Made by a program: the position numbers and the translations under genes
Notes under the pieces: model-generated
Databases searched by the model: none
Told to the model about the DNA's origin: nothing
Seen by the model: the letters and a program-made list of their open reading frames with translations, nothing else
Assembly (NCBI RefSeq): GCF_006345805.1
Contig: NC_043002.1
Span: 79,856,001 to 79,920,000, forward strand
Source: Octopus sinensis
Taxonomy: Eukaryota
Length of the DNA stretch: 64,000 nt
Direction: 5' to 3'
Shown here: piece by piece, positions 1 through 12,962 of the stretch
Numbering within the stretch: position 1 is the first letter of the stretch
How the letters are laid out: each line of letters begins with the position of its first letter

Positions 1-15
1 TTTTTGACACATATG

Positions 16-68
<53 letters not shown>

Positions 69-629
69 GGGACAGAGAGAGGGGGAGAGGGAGAGAGAGG
101 TAAGTAAATAGATACATGTGTATGGAATGCATGCTTTTTTTTTTAGGAACAAGGCCAATAATTTCTGAGAAGGAATGTTACTCGAGTAGATCCTCCCAGG
201 TTTCAACTCGCACTTCCATTTCAACGACCCCCGAGCGCGTGAAGAATAAAGATGACATCGGGAAGATCTGAAGCCAGAACCTAAAGAATGGGAACAAAAC
301 ACGACGAACATAAAGACGAAATGCCGCTAAGCGTTTTGTCCGATACGCTAACAGTTCTATCAAATGGATGCCTAAATAATACTAATGCTAACTAAACGGA
401 ACTCTTGGATATTCCAAGGTATAAGCCAGCAGATTTGAATACATTATGGTAATATAATTAAGTTAAACACGAGCAAGAAATGCCAAATAATACTTTTGAA
501 GTCGTGCCATTTTATCAAATCTGTACTTTTAAATATGACATTTCGTTTTAGATCGGTTATTCATTTATTTGTTTATCTGTCAATATATCTCCCTATCTGC
601 ATATCTATTGATGTATCTGAAGACTCGCC

Positions 630-757
<128 letters not shown>

Positions 758-902
758 AAGATGCTAAAATGTAAGAGAATTCTAATTCAAACAGACGATT
801 GTTTCGAACAAGGATATAAAAATCATGAAAATTCATGGTTGAATAAGAATAATTAAATTAATTATATATCACTGTACTCATCAACGCAAGAAGTATAAAC
901 AA

Positions 903-940
<38 letters not shown>

Positions 941-943
<3 letters not shown>

Positions 944-1097
944 CTTTATTTAAAAGCAGACGAACGGGAACGTGAAACTCCGAGTAACAGCTTTTTGATA
1001 TTTTTCTGCTGCTTTTAAATAAAGCATATTAATCTACCTCTGGTATTTGAGTACTCTTTTCTCCACACCATGTTTCACATTTATGTGCTTACTCTGG

Positions 1098-1098
<1 letters not shown>
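941..1098 (+). mobile_element. Penelope-like terminal-repeat fragment with truncated hammerhead motif
   Basis: Inverted repeat ATACTTTATTTAAAAGCAG (941-959) / CTGCTTTTAAATAAAGCATAT; hammerhead-like words at 957-990; 1040-1098 matches 4680-4745 in reverse complement; flanked by (TACA)n and (TA)n. Confidence 0.55.
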
Positions 1099-1132
<34 letters not shown>

Positions 1133-1148
1133 ATGTGTGTGTGTGTGT

Positions 1149-1187
<39 letters not shown>

Positions 1188-1190
<3 letters not shown>

Positions 1191-2240
1191 GGCTGAGTAA
1201 AATGTAAGCAATGTTTTGAAACACGAAATTCATCACAATATATTTCAACAACGCAGAAATTTTATTCATCAAAGTCAGTACCATTACAATCAAAACATTT
1301 TTGCCAACATGTTTCAAGTTTGTCTATTCCGGTAACATAAAAATCCGGAGTTCTGCACCTGATGAACTCTGTGAGCGCACTTTCAGCATCCGTTTGATTT
1401 TTAACTCCTTCTCTCGCAGGAAACCATCAAGGTGCTTGTAAAAATAGTAGTCGGTAGGATGGTTGAGGAAAAACTTCGTAGCCGAGTTCCTACAACTTCT
1501 GGAGAGTCTCTAGTGAAACGTATTGTCGAGCAATGTCATGAAGAATTATTGGCCCTCTTCTGTTGAGCAGTCTGGGACGGAGGAGTAGCAGTTTTTCGTT
1601 CATTCGGCGATTTCATGGCAATATGTTTCTGCATTAATGATTTTTCCGGGTTTTAAGTAGTTATATTGGATGAGTCTAGCAGTATACCACAAACAGAGCC
1701 TTCTTTTTGAAGAACTCGGGAGTAGAGAAAATTTTTCGGCGCCTCATTTTAGTCCAACCACTGCAAAGAAATTTTTTATTATTGTACAGAATCCACTTTT
1801 CATCACAATACACAATACGGTCGAGAAATGAATGGATCTGGTTACGGAGAAGTGACGAGCAAATTTTATATCGGCGCATTTTCTGATTTTCCTTCAAATC
1901 GTGTGGTACTCATTTGTCGAGCTTTTTTTTATTTTCCAGTCGCATGCAAATGATTGCAGGCAGTTTTGTGACTAACTTCAGGTACTTTTACCATTTCTTG
2001 GGCGGTTTTACATTGATCTTTTTCAATGACGGTCTTTACTTGGCTGTCATCGATAACAAATGGGTATCCACTATGCTCACGATCTTCAGGTCTGCACTGC
2101 TAAATTGTTTAACCTATCTTCGATCTGACCACTCGTGGTCATTTCCTCACCAAACGTTTATCACAAGCAGTTTCAGCTGCCTTACGTCCTTGTTTTGAAA
2201 TTGAATAGCAAAATTGCTCGAATATCGCGCTTTTGTTGCA
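1188..2240 (-). pseudogene. Decayed mariner (Tc1/mariner) transposase
   Basis: Minus-strand translation gives KENQKMRRYKICSSLL..FLDRIVYCDEKWILYNN (first catalytic Asp motif) and a C-terminal GIDKLETCWQKCFDCNGTDFDE* (stop at 1262-1264); multiple stops and frameshifts. Confidence 0.9.
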
Positions 2241-2400
2241 GCTGATCCAACCCCAACGTGTACAAATTTACTAACGGAATACATTGAGATAAAAACATAT
2301 GAAAAATATAGGCAACATGGAAACTAATTTTACAACTACTTGAAGGAAATTTGGAAATGCTATCTAAAAAATTCTATAATTCTATTGTGTATGGGGAGAA

Positions 2401-2589
2401 TCATTTTCTTTTTGCGCCTTATAATTTAACACACTCACCCGTAAAATTTCCACTTATTTCTTATTTTAACGTTCCTAAAATTTTCGTTGAGTCTTGCAAC
2501 CAACGAAAATTTTAGGAAAATAAAGTTAAGAAATAAGTGGAAATTTTACTGGTGAGTGTGTTAAATTATAAGGCAAAAAAATAAAATGA
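2401..2589. repeat. Palindromic fold-back element (MITE-like)
   Basis: Arms of about 90 bp are near-perfect reverse complements (GCCTTATAATTTAACACACTCACC.GTAAAATTTCCACTTATTTCTTA) with a loop of only a few bases. Confidence 0.85.
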
Positions 2590-2689
2590 CTGTCCTCAAG
2601 AATGTTGCAAACCAAATCCAAAAACGAAATTCTACAAAGTTATTGGAAAAAGAGTCACATATACATAGACTCTCTGAATTTAATACAGT

Positions 2690-2705
2690 TACACACACAC
2701 ACACA

Positions 2706-2800
<95 letters not shown>
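2690..2800. repeat. (CA)n followed by (AGAT)n microsatellite
   Basis: Direct reading. Confidence 0.97.
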
Positions 2801-3840
2801 GTTCTGCTGAATTGGAGACACTTATAAATATTCTTAGCAATGAATAGCTTGCACTTTGCTACGGAGTGTAAGTGTAAATTACGTATTTTGGACGTATTAC
2901 ATGTAAAAATTATGCTACAAGGAATGAGACAGATGTATATTATTAATTATTAGACTAGAGGGAATATTTACTTTTTACTTGATGCCATCCAAAACACAGG
3001 ATAATCCTTATTTTCTTCAATCTTACTAAAAGAATATGAAGTATTGTGTTACACTGTAACACGTGAAACGAGACTAGAGAACTAAAATATATTTCAATTG
3101 AATGAAGTTAGTCATCATCATTAATTGATGGCAGAATTGAGAAAGCAGAGACAACTGACATCAGTGATGTAAGATGTGTAAATACGAACGAATTTGTCTT
3201 TGTCCGTAGCAGAACAAAGGCAAATATTTTCTTTTACATTTCATCACATAATTCTTTGAATATTGAGGCATTTAATGAAATTAATTAGAATTTGCTACTT
3301 TTAAGACGCAATACAAAAGCGAGAACTTTAGACAAAAAGAAACACTCAAAATACAAGAAAAACAAAAACGCAACAGCTCGAACTAATGAAAATATGACTA
3401 AATTCTTATTTACCTATCAACATTTTATCAAACAGACAGAAATGGGCAAGGTCATTTTTCTAGAATTTGTACTTATATCAAGGAGGCTTATGGTTCGTTT
3501 CAAAAAAAGGACCAAATTTTAAAATAAAAAGGCTCTCATAATTTATATCCATAACATACTGGGGAAATGGTGAGAATTATATTTGCCAGACAGGCATGTC
3601 ACTTAGAAAACGGATGATCATTTCCTGATGTGAATACATGAACCGAATATTAGAAAATTCCGATCAATGAAAATTTGAGCTGAAGGTACGGGAACTCGGC
3701 AACCAAATTTTTAACAATTTTTATTGTACCAATGTGCGAAAAATGCAACAGAACAAAAAGAAGGAAATTTAAATTGAATATCAAAATTTGTGAAGAAAAT
3801 AAAATGTATGCTGTTTACCGACTCTCTGATACCAATTGAG

Positions 3841-3966
3841 CTTCTTTTCTACTCTAGGCACAAGCCTGAAATTTTGTGGGAGGGGAGGCAGTCGATTAGA
3901 TCGACCCCAGTACGCAAATGCTATTTAATTTATCGACCCCGAAAGGATGAAAGGCAAAGTCGATCT
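3841..3966 (-). mobile_element. SINE family A, 3' half
   Basis: Reverse complement of ..GACTTTGCCTTTCATCCTTTCGGGGTCGATAAATTAA..CTAGAGTAGAAAAGAA shared with other family A copies. Confidence 0.8.
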
Positions 3967-4014
3967 GAATAATAATAATAACAATAATAATAAAATAATA
4001 ATAATAATAATAAT

Positions 4015-4271
4015 GTTCTATATTTAAGAGATGAGGAACTATGTACATCATTTACATTTGACGATATTTGTCCTCATCTTGTTTGTTGTTAACACAACGT
4101 TTCGGCTGATATACCCTCCAGCCTTCATCATGTGTCTTGGGGAAATTTCCACTGCCTGGAATCGAACTCGGAATCTTGGGGTTAGTGGCCCGCACTCTTA
4201 ACCACTACGCCACATGCCCACGGGCAAATGTAAATAATGTACATAATTCCTCATCTCTTAAATCTAGAACT
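4015..4271 (-). mobile_element. tRNA-headed, hammerhead-bearing short retroelement with inverted 3'-end copy
   Basis: tRNA-like head 4219-4149 (A box TGGCGTAGTGG, B box GAGTTCGATTCC); hammerhead motif 4136-4091; inverted repeats 4015-4060 / 4225-4270. Confidence 0.8.
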
Positions 4272-4499
4272 GCATTATATATAGATGTGTATATATGTAA
4301 TTTCGGTATAAATAGAAGTACTTATAGTTGTGGGAGTAAACCTCATATTTACAGTGGCAGTGATAGTAGTGATGCTAATTCTAGTTGTAGTGGTAGTATT
4401 GGTAATTAGTTGTAGCAGTGAAAGTACTAGTAGTTAGAGTAGCAATGCTAATTAATCTGTTGTAGCGATTTTAAATGTTGTGTGGGTATCTACACAACG

Positions 4500-4751
4500 C
4501 TTTTGCCGAACCGCTAAGTTACGGGAACGTAAACACAGCAGCATCCGTCGTAAAGCGATGTTGTGGGGACAAAGACAGACATACAAACATATACACTCAC
4601 ATAAATACACACACACACACACCACACACACACACACACACAACACACACACACACAACACACACACACATATATATATACCGGAGTAAACACATAAATG
4701 TGAAACAAGGTGGAAAAAAGAGTACTCAATACCAGTGGTAGAGTAATAAAG

Positions 4752-4831
<80 letters not shown>

Positions 4832-5014
4832 ATATATATATACATATGTACGACGGGCTTCTTTCAGTTTCCGTCTACCAGATACACTCACAAGGCTTTG
4901 GTCGGCCCGAGGCTATAGTACAAGACACTTGCCCAAGGTGCCACGCTGTGGGACTGAACCCGGAGCCATGTGGTTCGTAAGGAAGCTACTTTCCACACAG
5001 CCACTCCTACGCCT
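4500..5014 (-). mobile_element. SINE family B with internal microsatellite
   Basis: Head GGCGTAGGAGTGGCTGTGTGG..GGTTCAGTCCCAC, GGCACCTTGGGCAAGTGTC domain, internal CA/TA array, partial tail CGTAACTTAGCGGTTCGGCAAAA. Confidence 0.88.
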
Positions 5015-5132
5015 GGAGATATAATAATCGTAGTGGTATGTCTGTGTTGTTTTTAGCGGTGGTGTGGGGTGGTGCTAGTGGTGCTAGTGGCATTTGTCAT
5101 GTTGCATGTTGCAGTGCTGGTGGGAGTTGTTG

Positions 5133-5164
<32 letters not shown>

Positions 5165-5344
5165 GCTAGTGGAAATTATGTTGCTTGTGGTGCTAGTTGA
5201 TGGTGACGATGACAGTTGTGAGTTGATGATGACATCGGTAGTGAGTTAACGATGATAATGTTTCTTATAGACCCCTTTGATTCCTGTTCATCTCTACTGG
5301 CCCTCCATAACCACTCGGTGTGTATAAAAAACACACTAATGTAT

Positions 5345-5577
5345 TTTTGATGATTAAATATTGATTTCAAATTTTAGCACGAGGCCAGGAATTTTGGGGT
5401 AGAGAATAAGTCGATTACATCGACATCAGTGCTTGACTGGTACTTATTTTAGCGACTTCGAAAGGATGAAATGCAAAGTAAACCTCAGTGGAATTTGAAC
5501 TCAGCACCTGGAGACAGGCGAAATCTGCTAAGCATTTTACTCGACGTTGCTAAGGATTCTGTCAGCTCGCTGCCCCT
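5345..5577 (-). mobile_element. SINE family A, diverged full length
   Basis: Reverse complement has GCGAGCTGACAGAA head, GAGTTCAAATTCC B box and CATCCTTTCGAAGTCG domain. Confidence 0.8.
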
Positions 5578-5639
5578 TTTGTAATTAAATATCATTAGCA
5601 ACCATATGGAAAAAAGAATTGTGTATTGTAGTTACATAC

Positions 5640-6030
5640 ATTCTATTACATATCCGGAGGTCTGGCTGAACGTTGGGGCACCACTGATGACCTACCTTGC
5701 AACCAGATCCCTCCACCCTTCTCTATCTTCTGTCTCTCGCACTGCGTCTCCTATCTTTAGGCTGTCTATTCACAGATGTTGTTTTCTCATCTCTTTCTCC
5801 ATCTGCCTCTGCGTCCGCAAGGGCTTTTCCTGGAGGTTTGTTTTCGCTATCCCTGATGAGCGGATGACATTCTCGTACTACCTGAGTTTGCGTTCCTTTA
5901 CTGTGGTTCCTCATAGGCCCTATTGCCTGCTTTATTTTCTTCTTTTCACTTCGTCATTTGTGGAATTATGACCAATTTATTGCACAAATTTTAACGATGA
6001 AATCTTAGATGGTCCCTGAAGGGCCATATG
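5640..6030 (-). mobile_element. RTE-clade LINE 3' end
   Basis: Frameshifted minus-strand translation ends ..SSVVPQRSA, typical of RTE C-termini, with GR..RKRWE-like remnants upstream. Confidence 0.7.
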
Positions 6031-6267
6031 GGCCCTGGCTGAGAAACACTAGCCTATAGTAATAGTATCTACAGTAATGATGTTGTTAGTCTTGCTGCAG
6101 TCAGTTGCCGGATAGTACAAGTTATAAAGAATGGTAGCCAAGAGATTGTTTTTTTTTTTTTTGTGTGGTTGCAGTTCTGACGGTTGTGGTTGTAATTCTT
6201 GAGTCAGTAGCAGTTGTTATACTTGTAGCGGGAAGGCGATATCAATGTTACTATAGTTGCTGTTAGC

Positions 6268-6654
6268 GGAGGCGCAATGGCTCAGTGGTTAGGGAAGCGG
6301 ACTCGCGGTCATAATATCGCGGTTTCGATTCCTAGACTGGGCGTTGTGAGTGTTTATTGAGCGAAAACACCTAAAGCTCCACGAGGCTCCAGCAGGGGAT
6401 GATGGCGAACCCTGCTATACTCTTTCGCCACAACTTTCTCTCTCACTCTTACGTCCTGTTTCTGTTGTGCCTGTAATTCAAAGGGCCAGCCTTGTCACAC
6501 TCTGTGTCATGCTGAATATCCCCGAGAACTACGTTAAGGGTACACGTGTCTGTGGAGTGCTCAGCCACTTGCACGTTGATTTCACGAGCAGGCTGTTCCG
6601 TTGATCGTATCAACTGGAACCCTCGTTGTCGTAAGCATCGGAGTGCCACAAAAA
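6268..6654 (+). mobile_element. SINE family C, full length
   Basis: tRNA-like head GGAGGCGCAATGGCTCAGTGG..GGTTTCGATTCC; tail AAGGGTACACGTGTCTGTGGAGTGCTCAGCCACTTGCACG..CCCTCGTTGTCGTAA shared with 10842-11223. Confidence 0.9.
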
Positions 6655-7525
6655 TAGTTGATGGTGGTGGTAGTAGTGGCGGTGTTGTTGTTGGTGGTGG
6701 TAGTGGTGATGATGGTGACCGCAGTAGAGATAATGGTTGTTTCCCTGTTTGTGTTCATACATAGTAATATGACGAAGCTCCTCTCATAATTGTGATGGCG
6801 TTTTGTTTTTGTTTTTTGTTATTGCTTTTTTTTTTGGTGGTAGTGATGCTTATCATGATGGTAGCTTTCGCCATTGAAATATTAGTGTTAGTGGTATTCC
6901 TGATGGGGATGATGATGATGGTGGTGTTGGTGGTGTTGATGGTGGTGGTGTTTGTGGTGGTGGCGGTGGTGCGTGGTAATGGCTGCAAAGCCAGTAGTTG
7001 CGCTGGTTGAATATGAAGCAACGGTAATGGAAAGGTTGTTGGCTGTTGTTGTTGTTGTTGTTGTTGTTGTAGCGGCAGTAGTTGTGGTGGTGTGAAACAG
7101 TTGTTATTGTTGGTTCTTGAAGTTAGAGGTGAATCAAGCGATAGGCGTTGGAGGGGGAGTAGGAGTTAGATTTAGGAGGATGGGTGGTTGGAGACGATAA
7201 TTCTGATTTCGACTGTTTAAGTGGTGTTGGCGGCGATAGTGGTGGCAGTGATTGTGGTGGTATGACAGCGATGGTGACGATGGTGGTGGTGGTGGTGGTG
7301 ATGGTGGTGGTGGTGGTGATGGGGGTGGAGTTTATGTTTGCTGATACGATGGCAGTGGTGGTAATGTTATCGCTGTTTGTCATGATGATGATCATGATCA
7401 TGATCATGGAGGAGATGGTGATACTACTGCTGCTGACGATGATGATGGAGATGATGGTGATGCTGCTGCTGCTGATGATCATCATGATGATGATCATGAT
7501 GTCACTGGTGGTGTAGGTGATGGTG
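6655..7525. repeat. Mosaic trinucleotide low-complexity tract (GGT/GAT/GTT)
   Basis: Degenerate triplet arrays; homopolymeric translations. Confidence 0.9.
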
Positions 7526-8774
7526 TTAGAAAGAGATAAAAATTAATGAAATGCTATCATCTGTTTTAGCCATAAAGTCACCTCTGCAATGACCCTACAG
7601 TCGAACGGACATAAATCAACAACTTCATTATTGCACTATTGATGTTGCTACTGTTGTTGTTGATGTTATTGTTGCCTTTACATTTTAAAAATATTTTGTG
7701 TTTTTTTGTTTATGCTTTACATTTCTTTAGTTGTTTATTTATTATTATGTGAGTGTAATATTTTTTTTTCGGGGGCCCTTTTATAAATTGAACCTAAGAG
7801 AAAGAACATAAAAATGATTGCCTCCTTACGCTCCTCTAGTCTGTTTTTTGTTTTTTTTTGTAAAAGTGTTGGGGCATTATTCGATCGACTGGACCGAAGT
7901 AATTACAGTTACTTAATTTATTAACCGTCATTCGAAAGGATAAACAGAAATACAAGAGCAGTATTTGGACTCGAAAAGGAAACACAGAATCATGAATCAC
8001 TGACTTCATCTTAATACCAACTAGGTTACTGTCAGCAACCATGTCAGAGATATACATTTATAATCATCGACAAGGATAAACTGCAATCCTCGAGGAGTAT
8101 TTGAACTGGAAACGGAGACACCAAATTATGATTCACTTACCTCAGCTCACTAGAGACTAGGGTGTTACCAGCAAAAATTTCAGAAAGAGAATTATTGTTT
8201 TGGGCCTTTTACAAAGCTCATTATATTGCGTTAGCATTCAAACTGTTCTTTTGATAAGGATATTTCAAGTGAAGCTGATATAGAATAGTATATCAGTGTT
8301 TTCGGCACATAGATTAAAGAGTAACATTTTTTTTATTTGAGGCTGATTGTTCCCGGCATAAAAGCTGGAACTAGAGATTTTTCTGTACAAATCTGCTTCT
8401 GATCTAATGATACAACCAACGGTCTCTGGGAAGAACAGAATCAATGCCCTGAATGCAATATCAGAGACGGTGGAGAGATGTTCCAGTTAGATCTGGTCGA
8501 GGAGGAACCAAAACGACCTCCAAATAGTTTGAAGGCAATAATTTTGTATTTTAACGCTAAGAGAAGAGTGAGTCATTGTGATAGGGTTGACCTTTCACCA
8601 TTACCATGACAACCAACGTTATTTCTTCTGTATGTATAAGTTTGAATGCTGAGTCAACGGATAGGAGATACAAGTGGATGAAATATCCGATGAAATTTAA
8701 ATGCGCAAGTCTCCGATATCCAAGAGGCTAACATGTGTTGATAGAAGGACACCCAAGAGTCATGACCTGATATA

Positions 8775-9145
8775 TAGCCCACAGCTTTGGGAGTGAATTT
8801 GGCAGACGGAAACTGAAAGAAATCCGTCGTATGTGTGTGCGTGTGTGCACGCACGTGAGTGCGTGCGTCGGAGTCGATGTGTGGTGTGTGTGTGTGTTGT
8901 ACCTGTGTTTGCACCACCAATACCACCGCTTGACATTCTGTGTTGGCACGTCTCCGTAAGCCAGCGGTTCGGCAAAATTGACAGAATTGACAGACAGAAT
9001 AAATACCAAGCTTAACGCAAAAAAAGAAAAAACTAAAAAAAAATTCTGGGTTCTATTCATTCGACCGCAAATTTCTCAAGACAGTGCCCCAGCAACGCCA
9101 TAGTCTATTGACTGAAACAAGTAAAAGATAAAAAGATAAAAGATA
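8775..9145 (+). mobile_element. SINE family B, 5'-degenerate
   Basis: GGCAGACGGAAACTGAAAGAA, internal GT array, CAGCGGTTCGGCAAAA, tail GACTGAAACAAGTAAAAGATAAAAGATA. Confidence 0.75.
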
Positions 9146-10299
9146 TCTGTCCGGCAGATTTGAACGCGAAATATGCCAGCCGTTGTATTAATTACAAGAG
9201 AAAATGTCCCTTTTATAGTGACTATTTTTATCACATTTTCGGTTCATAGATGTAACACCGTTGTTTCATCAATTAGAATTATCCAAAGCAAGCCACTGGT
9301 ATTTCGTATAATGTACACACCATCGACAAGCGCATGCTGCCTTCGAATTAAGTAAAACTAATTAATTATCGTACTAAGGTTATGCATCGGTTTCTAAGCT
9401 AATAACTAAACCAGCTGATATGCCTTTGTCTTCATTGAACTTAATACACAAACTGTCATCCTACTTCCTAACGAGGAATTACATTTATGATAACATGTGG
9501 TAATACATGTGTAAATTCATGAAAGCATTTGTATCTACGGGTGTGTCCCGAATGATTTCGGAACATGTAGCATATTAGCCAGCGCATTAGATAGATATCA
9601 ATACACTTTTATCAATATGCTTTTCAGTTCGTTCCATTTACTTTATTCAGATAATAGAAATGCTATTCATCAGTGTATGAACGATTTCTTTGAAACGCTT
9701 CTGCTGAATTTTGCCAGTAATACATTTTGCTGAATGCCAAAATTTCTGTGAGAGGCGTTGCAGTAATGTGTTTGTTAAAGTTTTACATTGTTTTGAAGTG
9801 GTTCGGTGCTAATAAATTTTGTAAGCCGTGTAGTTATAGCAATATTTATGTACTGCGATTAACTTTGGTTTTACCGATATTCTTAGAGAGTTAAATTTTA
9901 TTAATATAATTTGTAAAGAAAAAAGCGAGAAAATTATTTTAAATTTTAATTATTCATCGTCGTAGAAATTAGAGGCCATGTTTTTGTCAGAAAATAATTA
10001 TTTATAGTCTCTCCCACGTAATCTTATTTAATTTAGTAATTTCAAAAAAATTTCATGTTATTTATTACTATGATTACAAATACTTTTCATGGGTGTTGCT
10101 TTGTCTTATACGAATTGGTCCAAGTCTTAGCTAGAGAAATTAAGTTACAGCAATTAGGATGTTTTACTGTGGGCGTTATTTATGATTTTTAAAAAATCAA
10201 TTTAAGATCCTTGCGGAAAAATAGGATCGTTTCCCGGATTCTGTAGTATATATATATTCTCCCTATCACTAGGAACGAGACGCGAGTCTGTCACAGAAT

Positions 10300-10447
10300 T
10301 ACACATTTTTACCAGCTGAGTAAAGTGGAGAAACCTGAAGTGAAAATGGTTTGCACAAGTATACAACACATCGCTCACGGCAGGACTCGAAACCATAATC
10401 TTATGATCATGAGCGCAAAATCCTAACCACTAAGATACGCGCCTCTA
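10300..10447 (-). mobile_element. SINE family D head, diverged
   Basis: Reverse complement GAGGCGCGTATCTTAGTGGTTAGG..GGTTTCGAGTCC..CTCAGCTGGTAAAAATG. Confidence 0.65.
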
Positions 10448-10522
10448 CGTTTCCATTTTTTTCTTTATGATTAGCAACGATATATTCTAGAGAGAAGAGA
10501 CCAGCCTGAGAACTAAGATTCT

Positions 10523-11253
10523 GTTGCATTTCATCCTTTCGGGGGTCGATTAAATAAGTACCAGTTACGCACTGGGGGTCGATATAATCGACTCAATCCG
10601 TTTGTCTGTCCTTGTTTGTCCCCTCTATGTTTAGCCTCTTGTGAGCCATAAAGAAATAAGAAACGTTAGCACACGGGGCGAAATGCTTAGCAGTATTTCG
10701 TCTGCCGTGACGTTCTGAGTTCAAATTCCGCCGAGGTCGACTTTGCCTTTCATCCTTTTAGGGTCGATTAATTAAGTACCAGTTGCGTACTTGGATCGAT
10801 CTTATCGACTGGCTCCCTCCCCAAAAATTTCCGGCCTTGTGTGGAAGCACTCCGTCGGTTACGACGACGAGGGTTCTGGTGATCCGAATCAACGGAACAG
10901 CCTGCTCGTGAAATTAACGTGTAAGTGGCTGAGCACTCCACAGACACGTGTACCCTTAATGTAGTTCTCGGGGATATTCAGCGTGACACAGAGAGTGACA
11001 AGGCAGGCCCTTTGAAATACAGGTACAACAGAAACAGGAAGTAAGAGTGAGAGAAAGTTGTGGTGAAAGAATACAGCAGAGATCACCACCGTCCCTGTCG
11101 GAGCTTAGTGGAGCTTTAGGTGTTTTCGCTCAATAAACACTCACAACGCCCGGTCTGGGAATCGAAACCGCGATCCTATGACTGCGAGTCCGCTGCCCTA
11201 ACCACTGGGCCATTGCGCCTCCACTCCGGCCTTGTACCTAGAGTAGAAAAGAA
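10523..11253 (+). mobile_element. SINE family A tandem pair, interrupted by a family C copy
   Basis: Two consecutive family A units; the second is split at CCGGCCTTGT and resumes at 11225 with ..CCTAGAGTAGAAAAGAA. Confidence 0.85.
10842..11223 (-). mobile_element. SINE family C, full length, nested
   Basis: Reverse complement of the 6268-6654 family; 11-bp target-site duplication TCCGGCCTTGT at 10830-10840 and 11225-11235. Confidence 0.92.
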
Positions 11254-11284
11254 TATTTCGACTTTTGTAAACGTTTTAAAAGAA

Positions 11285-11480
11285 TGAGCTATTCTCTGGT
11301 TCACAGTATTTTTCTTAGGAGGTGGGCAGTACCCATGAGAACATTTTTTCTCATTCTGATACTTTTACCATTTCTGGTATTTGAATGCCATTTGATGTTA
11401 CGTCCAAAGGCTCCAATGATCAGACGTACTGTTCTCGTTTGGAGAGGCCATATATTTAAGGGCTCTTTTGTATTTAGTTA
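11285..11480 (-). mobile_element. RLE-type (R4/Dong-like) LINE C-terminal fragment
   Basis: Minus-strand translation IIGAFG..NVLMGTAHLLRKIL* resembles IVGALG..ALLGTAYILRRTLS at 20850-20990. Confidence 0.7.
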
Positions 11481-11736
11481 ACTACGATCTTAAGATCGTT
11501 AAATTTAATATGATCGGCCACATTAATACTTCTTAATTTCTACCATTAGTGATACTAACATCATCAGTATTAATACTATTACTATAAGGAACATCATTAA
11601 ATACAAACAGACGCACACAAACGCACGCATAATCACCACACGCATACACACAAACGCATATATATACTTCCATATACATACACACATACATACACGCGCG
11701 CGCACACACACACATATATGTATATATATTATATAT

Positions 11737-11784
<48 letters not shown>

Positions 11785-12142
11785 CATACGCACATATATG
11801 CATATAGAGATAAGACTTTAAGATTTAGATAACTCTCGAAACGGCCGTCATATTTTGCACCTACTGTAGAATCTTTTTAAAATAATTCTCTATCTATTTG
11901 GATCACCGCTATACATTCACTTTGTGCCTATTTTAATATCCTCATTGATTTTAATACAGACGTACAGCCTCGCAAGTACATTTATGCGTTTATATATTCA
12001 TATATTTATATATTTTTTTAATATTATATCTTGTGTATATGAATGTGCCTATGTATACCGTGGAGTATTCCGATGCTTTGAAATATATTGAGTGAATATG
12101 GACACTGACTTTTGAAATTTGTTCCCTCTTTCTTGGTTTTGT

Positions 12143-12346
12143 ACACACACACACATACACACACACACACGTGCACACACACAGACACACACACACACAC
12201 ATGCACACACACACACACACACATACACACACACATACACACAACACACACACATGCACACACACACACACACATACACACACACATACACACACACACA
12301 CACACATGACACACACACAACACACACACACACACACACACACACA

Positions 12347-12385
<39 letters not shown>
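12143..12385. repeat. Long (CA)n/(TA)n microsatellite
   Basis: Direct reading. Confidence 0.97.
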
Positions 12386-12387
<2 letters not shown>

Positions 12388-12534
12388 CATATAATGAAAT
12401 AGATAGGATATATAGTATACATACACACACATATTAATACAAGATGAACCTTTTATTCATTTGATGAAGTTTTAGTTGACTTTTATTTGTGCGCTCTAAG
12501 CTAGCGTTCGCGCACGCGCTTAATTCGCGCGCAT

Positions 12535-12565
<31 letters not shown>

Positions 12566-12769
12566 CCTTCCATTCCTCCCTTTCTCACTCACACTCACAA
12601 AATACATACACGCACATATATCACATATATTCTCTGTTTCACATTCGCCCACGCTTTCGCATATATGTTTATATACTTGTATAAACCAATTAATGCTTAC
12701 CAAAATACATTGGTGGCATCCTCAACAAAATTGTAATAATGCAAGAAATCTTTCTGCTTCATGTTGCTC

Positions 12770-12931
12770 TTGTCATTATTTTTACTAATATTCTTATTAT
12801 CGCATTATTGCGGTTGTTGTTGTTATTGTAGCTGTTGTTGTTGTTGCTGCTGTTCTTCTTCTTCTTCTTCTTCTTCTTCTTCTTCTTCTTGTTATTTTCT
12901 TCTTCTTCTTCTTCTTGTTATTTTTCTTCTT

Positions 12932-12962
<31 letters not shown>

